This document shows, one piece after another, positions 10,031 through 17,278 of a stretch of 64,000 nucleotides of DNA (its first letter is position 1; each line of letters begins with the position of its first letter). The position numbers and the translations under genes are program-made. The DNA is from Candidatus Methanoperedens sp. (GTDB lineage: Bacteria > Patescibacteriota > Microgenomatia > UBA12405), in assembly GCA_035562735.1 (NCBI GenBank), contig DATMWB010000003.1, positions 44,232 to 108,231 on the forward strand, read 5' to 3'. Under the pieces are notes generated by a model that saw only the letters and a program-made list of their open reading frames with translations, searched no databases and had not been told where the DNA came from.

Positions 10031-10094
10031 TTTTCTAGAATCTAGTTTTTGTATCTAGTTTCTAATTTTTTAATTTTTACTCTATACTCTTCTT

Positions 10095-12230
10095 ATGCCT
10101 CGAGGACGCAAGAAAAATCGAATTTTACCAACACTTAAATTAAAGCCAGATACTGTCAAGTCAATTTTCTTTATCTTTTTTCTAATATTAGCCATACTTT
10201 CCGTATTTTCGTTTCTTCAACAGGGGACCGTTGCTACAGATGTAAACCTTGCTTTAACTAAATTTTTTGGTTGGGGGGCGGTTATGGTTCCTTTTTTACT
10301 GCTTCTAATTTCATTTCTCTTTACCAAAGTAAAATCACCGTTACGTGAGGCAAATGTATTTTTTGGTTTCTCCATAATGTTTTTTGCTCTATTGGGCCTT
10401 TTCAAGCAAGGTTTCGTCGGTTTGTTTTTTTGGGAACAGTTTCTTGCCCTTTTTTCTGAAGCACCGACATTCATAATTTTCTTTTTCGCTCTCATAGTCG
10501 GTTTTGTTGTTCTATTTGATACTAATATTGCCCAAGTTATCAAATTTATTGCTAATGTCTTCAATACAATACGCAAGTATTCTGTTGGCCAAGCAGTCAA
10601 ATTAAAAGAGAAAAAAATTGCCAAAGAATCAGCCAAGAATCCTCTTTATCAATCAGAAATGAATTCAGAAAATTCTGACCCCTTTGCCACAAAGGAAAAG
10701 GATTATGCCAAATCGAGTTCAAAAACAGACTTGGCAGTAGTCGATATTGCCCCAGTTTTTAAAACCACTTCACCCCTTACCTCAACTGGTAATCAGACCT
10801 GGGTTTACCCTTCAATGTCTCTTTTTGATGATACCCCCGGTGCCAAAGCAGATAGAGGTGATGTCCGAAAGAATGCTCAAATTATTGAGCAAACACTTGA
10901 TTCTTTTGGAATAACTGCCCGTGTAGCCGAAGTCAACAATAGTCCTTCTGTTACCCAATACGCCCTTGAAGTCGCTCTCGGTACCAAGCTTGCAAAAATT
11001 TTATCCCTCAGTAACGATTTAGCCATGGCGCTAGCAGCACCAGGTGGACAAATTAGAGTTGAGGCCCCAATTCCAGGACGTTCTTTGGTTGGTATTGAAA
11101 TGCCAAATCGTTCTTTGGAAGTGGTTCCAATTCGAACAATTCTAGAATCTGAAGCCATGAAAAATGCCAAGAGTAAAATATCTGTTCCCTTGGGTCTTGA
11201 TGTTGCCGGCCAACCAAAAGTTGCCGATATTTCCAAGATGCCTCATGTCTTGATTGCTGGTCAAACTGGTTCCGGTAAATCTATTTGTATCAATTCTTGG
11301 ATTTCAACAGTTTTATTCCGTGCTTCCCCCGACGAAGTTAGACTAATTATGGTCGATCCTAAGCGTGTCGAATTATCGGGCTATAATGGCATTCCCCATC
11401 TTCTAACTCCGGTTATTGTCGAACCAGAAAAAGTAGTCTCTGCCTTAAAATGGGCTGTCAATGAAATGGAACGTCGTTATAAAATGTTTACCGAAGTTGG
11501 TGCCAAAAACATTGAGGGTTACAACAATTTATCCGGCTTTCAGTCCATTCCTTACATTCTTATTGTCATTGATGAGTTAGCCGAAATTATGCTTTTCTCG
11601 CCTGCCGAAGTAGAAGACAATATTTGTCGTATTGCTCAAATGGCTCGTGCCACCGGTATTCACTTAGTACTAGCTACGCAGCGACCTTCAGTCAACATTA
11701 TTACTGGTTTAATCAAAGCCAACATTCCAACAAGAATAGCCTTTGCTGTTGCCTCTATGACTGATTCACGGGTTGTTCTTGATACCCCAGGGGCTGAAAA
11801 ATTATTAGGTCGGGGTGACATGCTTTACATCCCACCTGATTTAGCCAAGCCTGTTCGTGTCCAAGGTTGTTTTATTTCAGACAAGGAAGTAAATCGTTTA
11901 ATAGACTTTCTAAAGACTCAACGTACCGGTGAGTACAATGACGAAATTACTCGACAACCAGTAAATAGTCCCACTTCAATGAGCAAAAATGTAATGGTTT
12001 CCGATGGAGAAGAACGTGATTCCATGTTTGAGGACGCCATAAAACTTATCCAAGAAACCGGAAAAGCGTCAGCTTCACTATTACAACGCCGTCTTAAACT
12101 AGGTTATGCCCGCGCCGCCAGAGTCCTTGATGAATTGGAAAAAGCCGGAATAGTCGGCCCAGTCAATGGCGCCAAACCAAGAGAAATATTAATCGATCAC
12201 AGATCACCTTCTGATAATAATCTAGAATAA
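10095..12230 (+). CDS. ftsK: DNA translocase FtsK/SpoIIIE
   Basis: It has N-terminal TM helices, a Walker A motif (GQTGSGKS), a RecA-like motor domain and a C-terminal gamma winged-helix (LLQRRLKLGYARAARVLDELEKAGIVG). Confidence 0.85.
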   Translation: MPRGRKKNRILPTLKLKPDTVKSIFFIFFLILAILSVFSFLQQGTVATDVNLALTKFFGWGAVMVPFLLLLISFLFTKVKSPLREANVFFGFSIMFFALLGLFKQGFVGLFFWEQFLALFSEAPTFIIFFFALIVGFVVLFDTNIAQVIKFIANVFNTIRKYSVGQAVKLKEKKIAKESAKNPLYQSEMNSENSDPFATKEKDYAKSSSKTDLAVVDIAPVFKTTSPLTSTGNQTWVYPSMSLFDDTPGAKADRGDVRKNAQIIEQTLDSFGITARVAEVNNSPSVTQYALEVALGTKLAKILSLSNDLAMALAAPGGQIRVEAPIPGRSLVGIEMPNRSLEVVPIRTILESEAMKNAKSKISVPLGLDVAGQPKVADISKMPHVLIAGQTGSGKSICINSWISTVLFRASPDEVRLIMVDPKRVELSGYNGIPHLLTPVIVEPEKVVSALKWAVNEMERRYKMFTEVGAKNIEGYNNLSGFQSIPYILIVIDELAEIMLFSPAEVEDNICRIAQMARATGIHLVLATQRPSVNIITGLIKANIPTRIAFAVASMTDSRVVLDTPGAEKLLGRGDMLYIPPDLAKPVRVQGCFISDKEVNRLIDFLKTQRTGEYNDEITRQPVNSPTSMSKNVMVSDGEERDSMFEDAIKLIQETGKASASLLQRRLKLGYARAARVLDELEKAGIVGPVNGAKPREILIDHRSPSDNNLE

Positions 12231-12238
12231 AAATTCCT

Positions 12239-12835
12239 ATGAAGCGCGCCTCAACCATATTAGAATCTGCCCGCCTAGATAGAGAACTTGATTTTACAGA
12301 GATTAGTAAAAAGACAAAGATACCGCTTAGATACCTGATTGCCTTTGAAAATGAAAACACTTCAGATTTTCCCAGCGAGCCATATTGTTCCCTAATGGTC
12401 AAGGATTATGCTGAATTTTTGGGAATAAATGGTGAGGAGTTGCTTTCTTTATTTCGGCGTGATTACGATCGTCGACCCCAAAACACTCTTCGTCGTCGTT
12501 TTTGGTTTTCTCTCACCCCACAATTCGCCTTTACTACCTTCATAATTTTTTTGGGAATAGTTTTTACCGCTTATCTAGTAACCGAATATTTAAAATTTAA
12601 CCGCCCCCCGCAGCTAAAAATAAATTGGCCTCAAGACTTCTCTCAAAAAACTGTTGAAATATCAGGTATTACCGACCCTGAATCAACTATTAAAATAAAT
12701 GATTCTCTAGTCATTGTCGATTCTGACGGTAATTTTAAAAAAACTCTTGATATTTCTACTTCAGAAGCAAAAATTATTGTTGAAGCCAAGTCCCCAGCAG
12801 GTGTCATTAGCAAAGATGAAAAAGTTTTAAAATAG
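12239..12835 (+). CDS. RodZ-like HTH membrane protein
   Basis: It has an N-terminal XRE-like HTH with the RodZ signature (…ISKKTKIPLRYLIAFENEN…DYAEFLGI…), a single TM helix and a C-terminal extracytoplasmic domain. Confidence 0.55.
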   Translation: MKRASTILESARLDRELDFTEISKKTKIPLRYLIAFENENTSDFPSEPYCSLMVKDYAEFLGINGEELLSLFRRDYDRRPQNTLRRRFWFSLTPQFAFTTFIIFLGIVFTAYLVTEYLKFNRPPQLKINWPQDFSQKTVEISGITDPESTIKINDSLVIVDSDGNFKKTLDISTSEAKIIVEAKSPAGVISKDEKVLK

Positions 12836-12836
12836 T

Positions 12837-12851
12837 TTATACTGAAGCTAT
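12837..12851 (+). promoter_or_regulatory. Leaderless promoter/start module TTATACTGAAGCTAT(g) (identical 15-mer at 37046-37060)
   Basis: A -10-like TATACT at 12838-43 is followed 6 nt later by ATG 12850. The 15-mer is identical to the one upstream of rfbC. Confidence 0.35.
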
Positions 12852-13092
12852 GGATATCACTCAAATTGTTGTCATTATCAGTCTTTTATCAATTTCAGTC
12901 GTCATTGTTGCCGTTGGAATTTACCTAATAAAACTTATCAAAGATCTTCGCATTACTGTAGGTCAAACCAATCAGATGATCAGTTCTGTTTCTGGACCAG
13001 TGTCTTCCATTTCTGAATTTTTAATGGGTTTTAAAAACGGCATTTCACTTTTTAATTCTTTTTTTAGTAAAGACAAAAAAGAAGAAAAATAA
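12850..13092 (+). CDS. Small membrane protein (80 aa)
   Basis: It has a single long hydrophobic helix (VVIISLLSISVVIVAVGIYLI). No homology is recognised. Confidence 0.4.
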   Translation: MDITQIVVIISLLSISVVIVAVGIYLIKLIKDLRITVGQTNQMISSVSGPVSSISEFLMGFKNGISLFNSFFSKDKKEEK

Positions 13093-13097
13093 TTTTT

Positions 13098-13529
13098 ATG
13101 TCATGTTGTAACAACAAAGAATGCAGTTGCCATCAAAATAGTAGCTTTGTATTTGGGATATTTATAGGCTTAATCATTGGTGCAGTTATTGCTATTGTTA
13201 TCTATAAAAATAATCGTGAAAAGGTCTTTGAGAATTTAAAAAAGAAACTAGAAAAAATATTTAAATCGGTTTTGGAAAGTGAAACTTTTCAAAATATTTC
13301 TACACTAAAAAGAAAAGTGGATATTAACAATTCGGCAAAAATATCCAAAAAAATAGTAAAAAAGTCTTCCTCAAAAAATAGTGCGTTGTCCAAACAAAAA
13401 AGTATGGCAAAAGAAGTACCCTCAACATCTCATAAGATTGCTGTAACTCTTCCAAAAGAATTGATTCAAAGAGAGTTTGAAGTAAAGGCACCCCCTCAAA
13501 AGATTAAACCAAGAGTTTTTAAAAAGTAG
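13098..13529 (+). CDS. Small membrane protein with N-terminal Cys cluster and Lys-rich tail
   Basis: It has CCNNKECSCH, then a TM helix, then a K/S-rich low-complexity tail. Its family is unknown. Confidence 0.4.
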   Translation: MSCCNNKECSCHQNSSFVFGIFIGLIIGAVIAIVIYKNNREKVFENLKKKLEKIFKSVLESETFQNISTLKRKVDINNSAKISKKIVKKSSSKNSALSKQKSMAKEVPSTSHKIAVTLPKELIQREFEVKAPPQKIKPRVFKK

Positions 13530-13557
13530 CCTATAACTTGACTTAAATATCGTCGAT

Positions 13558-13566
13558 TGTTATAAT
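13558..13566 (+). promoter_or_regulatory. Extended -10 TGtTATAAT heading a long structured leader
   Basis: TGTTATAAT at 13558-66 lies 30 nt after the upstream stop and about 270 nt upstream of the lipoprotein ATG. Confidence 0.3.
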
Positions 13567-13582
13567 CACCTAATGCAATTTT

Positions 13583-13623
13583 AAGCGAACCTAAGGCAAC
13601 ACGTCTTTCCGTTCGCTTTTTTT
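13583..13623 (+). terminator. Hairpin (AAGCGAAC…GTTCGCTT) plus T7 run, either a terminator for ORF 13098-13529 or an attenuator in the leader
   Basis: An 8-bp stem with a 20-nt loop is followed by TTTTTTT. Confidence 0.45.
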
Positions 13624-13633
13624 GTATCGATAT

Positions 13634-13660
13634 TTGAATACGCATTATATGCGTATTCAA
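13634..13660. repeat. Perfect palindrome TTGAATACGCA-ttata-TGCGTATTCAA
   Basis: It has 11-bp perfect arms and a 5-nt spacer. It could be an operator-like site or a hairpin. Confidence 0.7.
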
Positions 13661-13672
13661 AGTACCTTAACA

Positions 13673-13686
13673 ATCGAGAGTGAGTA
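13673..13686 (+). repeat. Left copy of the 14-bp inverted repeat ATCGAGAGTGAGTA flanking the lipoprotein cassette
   Basis: It is the exact reverse complement of 14731-14744. Confidence 0.75.
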
Positions 13687-13693
13687 AAAAATA

Positions 13694-13759
13694 TACAAGT
13701 TTAGACTTGCACCAAGGACACAAGAAATTGCTTCCTTGATGCAAGTTTTCAAACTTGTA
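13694..13759 (+). promoter_or_regulatory. Long imperfect hairpin in the 5' leader of the lipoprotein gene
   Basis: TACAAGTTTAGACTTGCACCAAGGA …loop… TCCTTGATGCAAGTTTTCAAACTTGTA forms a stem of about 25 bp with one bulge. An SD (AAGGAGG, 13824-30) lies downstream. Confidence 0.45.
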
Positions 13760-13838
13760 TAAGATAAAGTCTTATCCTCCCTGTTTCTCCACCCCTAGCC
13801 AGCCTTAAAACTGGCAACCGCTCAAGGAGGCGGTAACA

Positions 13839-14669
13839 ATGTTCCACCGTGTGTTTGTTTTTCTCACCGTATTGGCAATGCTCCTCGGAGCTGCTGGTTG
13901 TTCCCCCCAAAACCAAGCCAACGTTGAAGCTTGGAACACTTTGTTTTTTGGTTCAGAAATTGAACTTCAGAACCAACCACCCGAGTACAGCGAGACGCTT
14001 CTGGATGCCATCAATAAGTATATTGGCGAAAATTGTCCAATGAAAAAAGATTATGATATTGATGGTAATGGACAGATGTACACCATTTGTCGTGATTTTG
14101 AAGGTGAGGCAATCGAAGTTAAGTCAGCTGATTTCTTGGGTCTAGGTCTTGTTGGCTTGACTGCCGTCAGCCCAATTCCTGGAGATGAACTCCTTGCTGT
14201 CAAGTGGGCCTGGAACTCAGAAAAGACAATCAAGGTCATTATTGCGGTTGTCTTCACTGTTGAGGTTGCCCACACCATCAATGTTGTTTACAGCAAAACA
14301 AGCAACCCGCTTCACAACCCACATAACTCGCAGGTAGCTCGTGATTACATCAGTAGAATTTGGAACGATATCCAAATAAAGTTGAGTAATCCCAAAAATC
14401 CCACCGGACCTATACTGTATTGCGCTGTCGTCGTCTATCAAAACGGAGTTCAATATGTCCGTGTGTTGAGTACTGTTGATAACGTTACCGGGATCATGTC
14501 CTGGTATGGAAGTGAAGGATGGGTACACGCCTTTGACAACAAAGACGTCTATGGTTTTCTTAATGGCATGCCTCGTGGAGCCATTTCCTACGACGTCAGT
14601 CGTCCCCTGCAAGATTGCTTAAACGCACTTGGTAAAGGTGTCCCCGCCGCGAATCAATACGCACCCTAA
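13839..14669 (+). CDS. Lipoprotein of unknown function (G+C-rich relative to surroundings)
   Basis: It has a signal peptide with a lipobox (LLGAAG|C), a strong SD 8 nt upstream and a visibly higher G+C than neighbouring genes. No family is recognised. Confidence 0.6.
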   Translation: MFHRVFVFLTVLAMLLGAAGCSPQNQANVEAWNTLFFGSEIELQNQPPEYSETLLDAINKYIGENCPMKKDYDIDGNGQMYTICRDFEGEAIEVKSADFLGLGLVGLTAVSPIPGDELLAVKWAWNSEKTIKVIIAVVFTVEVAHTINVVYSKTSNPLHNPHNSQVARDYISRIWNDIQIKLSNPKNPTGPILYCAVVVYQNGVQYVRVLSTVDNVTGIMSWYGSEGWVHAFDNKDVYGFLNGMPRGAISYDVSRPLQDCLNALGKGVPAANQYAP

Positions 14670-14678
14670 AAACCCTAT

Positions 14679-14720
14679 GGTTGGTACTGGCTAACCCCAG
14701 TACCAACCCCCTTCGGGGGA
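14679..14720. terminator. Tandem hairpins between convergent genes (12-bp perfect stem, then a CCCC-cUUCGg-GGGG tetraloop hairpin)
   Basis: The first hairpin is GGTTGGTACTGG-ctaacc-CCAGTACCAACC. The second is CCCCCTTCGGGGG. Confidence 0.5.
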
Positions 14721-14730
14721 CCACAAGCAC

Positions 14731-14744
14731 TACTCACTCTCGAT
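14731..14744 (-). repeat. Right copy of the 14-bp inverted repeat (TACTCACTCTCGAT)
   Basis: It is the reverse complement of 13673-13686, and the pair bracket 1,072 bp. Confidence 0.75.
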
Positions 14745-14749
14745 TTACA

Positions 14750-15367
14750 TTATTCCTCAACTTTTCCAAACACTTCTCTTAGTGATTCATTTACTGTCTT
14801 ATTTTGAACTTGTTCAATTAGTTGTTGTTGATAAGCTACAATTTCCCCATCGGTAATTCCACCCTTTTCCATTATTGTTTTTGCGTGTACTTCGTCTAAA
14901 ATTGATTCTCCGACCTCATCACCAATTCTACCAAGCAAGTTAATCACTATTGGTTTGATTAAAGCTTTTTGTTCCACTGTCAATTCCTCACTTGTCAATC
15001 CCTCAACAATCCACTCCGTAGTTTTATTTTGTAACTCAGCTGGAGGTTCAAAACATTTTCCCTGAGTACTCCAAACCAAAAAGGCGTCGCTAAAAGATTC
15101 TGCCAACACCATTCCCATTCCACTTCTCAATGCGACCCCGTATAAGTCTGTTTGTTCTGAAACATAATTCTCAACCGAAGCTATAACATCTAAATTATTA
15201 TCAATTCTAGCCACGCCATAGACAAATGCTAGTGATTCTACCCCCAATTTATCAATATTTCCCTTATTCATTTCCGTCACCGCTCTCACATCTTCAATTG
15301 AAGACCTTGCTCCGAGTGGTGTCACTTGCATTCCATCAAATATTGAGCGTGATTGTTCTGCAGCCAT
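14750..15367 (-). CDS. Hypothetical acidic protein (205 aa)
   Basis: A clean ORF divergent from alaS. No recognisable domain. Confidence 0.45.
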   Translation of the reverse strand: MAAEQSRSIFDGMQVTPLGARSSIEDVRAVTEMNKGNIDKLGVESLAFVYGVARIDNNLDVIASVENYVSEQTDLYGVALRSGMGMVLAESFSDAFLVWSTQGKCFEPPAELQNKTTEWIVEGLTSEELTVEQKALIKPIVINLLGRIGDEVGESILDEVHAKTIMEKGGITDGEIVAYQQQLIEQVQNKTVNESLREVFGKVEE

Positions 15368-15388
15368 AGCTTATTGTACCGCATTTCT

Positions 15389-15397
15389 TGCTATAAT
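15389..15397 (+). promoter_or_regulatory. Extended -10 TGcTATAAT 6 nt upstream of the alaS ATG (leaderless geometry)
   Basis: TGCTATAAT at 15389-97 with the ATG at 15404 and no SD. Confidence 0.4.
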
Positions 15398-15403
15398 CTC
15401 CCT

Positions 15404-17278
15404 ATGAACGCACGGGATTTGAAAAACAAATTTGTTGATTTTTTCAAAAACTATCAACATGCCGAAATTCCCAGTGCTTCAATTGTTCCCGAAAACGATC
15501 CCACCACTCTTTTCATTTCTGCTGGCATGCACCCCCTCGTTCCTTATCTCTTAGGTCAACCCCATCCTCTAGGCAAAAGGTTAGTTGATGTTCAAAAATG
15601 TATTCGTACTGGCGATATCGATGAAGTCGGTGATACCTATCATCACACTTTTTTTGAAATGCTTGGCAACTGGTCTCTTGGTGACTATTTCAAAAAAGAG
15701 ATGATTGCTTTTTCCTATGAGTTTTTAACCAACAAAAAATATCTAGGTCTTGATGTATCAAAATTAGCTTTCAGCTGTTTTGCTGGTGATCAAGACGCTC
15801 CTCGTGACGAAGAAAGTTTCAATTTTTGGCGTGAACAGGGAGTTAGTCCCAGCAGAATTGCCTATTTACCTAAAAAAAATAATTGGTGGGGTCCCGCTGG
15901 AGCTACTGGCCCCTGTGGTCCAGATACCGAAATGTTTTATTGGACAGGGGAGAGTGAAGCACCCGAAAAATTTGATGCCAATGATAGTCGTTGGTTGGAA
16001 ATTTGGAATGACGTTTTTATGCAGTACAACAAAAAAGCCAATGGTACCTTTGAAGCACTAAAAGCTCCAAACGTTGATACAGGTATGGGGGTTGAGCGAA
16101 CTACTGCAGTTTTATCGGGCTTATCGGATAATTATCAAACCTACATTTGGCAACCAATAATTCAAAAAATAGAGGAAATCTCTGGGAAAAAATATGTCGC
16201 TGCAATGAATAATCCCGTCATTGCGAGTAGCACATCCGTCATTGCGAGCGAAGCGAAGCAATCTTCTAAAAAAATCGCCACCTTATCTTCTACTTCTAAC
16301 GATGACGCCCGAAGTTTTCGCATTATCGCTGACCATATAAAGGCTGCAGTTTTTATGATTGCCGACAGTGTTGAACCCTCAAACAAAGAGCGTGGTTATG
16401 TTCTCCGTCGTCTTATTAGACGTAGTATCCGTCAAGGTAAAATTTTGGGAATAGAGCAAAATTTTTGCTCTATTATTGCCACTACTGTTTTAGACAATCA
16501 AAACAATTATGCTGGTACCTATTCCGAACTAGATTCAAACAAAAATAAAATTTTAGAGACTTTAGAGGCTGAAGAAACCAAATTTCGTCGCACTCTCAAC
16601 AAGGGTCTTAGTGAAATTACAAAATTAATTATCCGTCAAAAAAGTGTCTCCGGAAAAGAAGCTTTTGACTTATACCAATCCTTTGGTTTCCCCGTCGAAA
16701 TGATAGAGGAAGAATTAAGAAGAAACAATTTATCTTTAGATATTGCCGAGTTTAACCGTCTAAAAGAGGAACATCAAAAACTATCTCAAACTCTTTCTGC
16801 CGGAAAATTCAAGTCAGGTTTAGCTGATAATTCCGAAATTATCACCAAATATCACACTACTACCCATCTAATGCACGCCGCTCTTAGAAAAGTTTTGGGT
16901 GAGCATGTTGAACAAAGTGGTTCCAATATTACCTCAGAAAGACTTCGTTTTGATTTTTCCCATCCGCAAAAAGTTGCCGAAGATCAGCTAAAAGAAGTCG
17001 AAAAAATAGTCAATGAACAAATTAATGCCTCACTTTCCGTCACTGTGGAATCTATGAAATTTACTGATGCCCAAAAATCTGGTGCCTTAGCCTTTTTTGG
17101 CGCTAAATACCCAGAAATTGTTACTGTCTATACAGTCGGTGACCCAAAAAGTTTTTTTTCAAAGGAAGTCTGTACCGGCCCCCATGTCGATAATGTTGGG
17201 AAATTAGGTCATTTTGAAATTCAAAAAGAAGAATCCGCAGGCAGTGGCAAGCGTCGGATTTATGCTATTCTTAAGTAA
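15404..17278 (+). CDS. alaS: Alanyl-tRNA synthetase, short form lacking the C-Ala domain
   Basis: Met at 15404 aligns to the AlaRS N-terminus (…FVDFFKNYQHAEIPSASIVPENDPTTLF…). The catalytic and editing domains are present (HxxxH …CTGPHV). The ORF ends right after the editing domain. Confidence 0.88.
   Translation: MNARDLKNKFVDFFKNYQHAEIPSASIVPENDPTTLFISAGMHPLVPYLLGQPHPLGKRLVDVQKCIRTGDIDEVGDTYHHTFFEMLGNWSLGDYFKKEMIAFSYEFLTNKKYLGLDVSKLAFSCFAGDQDAPRDEESFNFWREQGVSPSRIAYLPKKNNWWGPAGATGPCGPDTEMFYWTGESEAPEKFDANDSRWLEIWNDVFMQYNKKANGTFEALKAPNVDTGMGVERTTAVLSGLSDNYQTYIWQPIIQKIEEISGKKYVAAMNNPVIASSTSVIASEAKQSSKKIATLSSTSNDDARSFRIIADHIKAAVFMIADSVEPSNKERGYVLRRLIRRSIRQGKILGIEQNFCSIIATTVLDNQNNYAGTYSELDSNKNKILETLEAEETKFRRTLNKGLSEITKLIIRQKSVSGKEAFDLYQSFGFPVEMIEEELRRNNLSLDIAEFNRLKEEHQKLSQTLSAGKFKSGLADNSEIITKYHTTTHLMHAALRKVLGEHVEQSGSNITSERLRFDFSHPQKVAEDQLKEVEKIVNEQINASLSVTVESMKFTDAQKSGALAFFGAKYPEIVTVYTVGDPKSFFSKEVCTGPHVDNVGKLGHFEIQKEESAGSGKRRIYAILK
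16216..16264 (+). repeat. Interspersed repeat copy A (partial unit plus full unit) inside the alaS coding sequence, in frame
   Basis: CGTCATTGCGAGtagcacatc + CGTCATTGCGAGCGAAGCGAAGCAATCT. It translates as VIASSTSVIASEAKQS within a loop insertion relative to canonical AlaRS. Confidence 0.7.

Noticed and set aside
14750-15367. Possible toxin/antitoxin or regulatory role for the acidic divergent ORF next to alaS
   Set aside because: There is no recognisable fold or partner gene. It stays a hypothetical protein.
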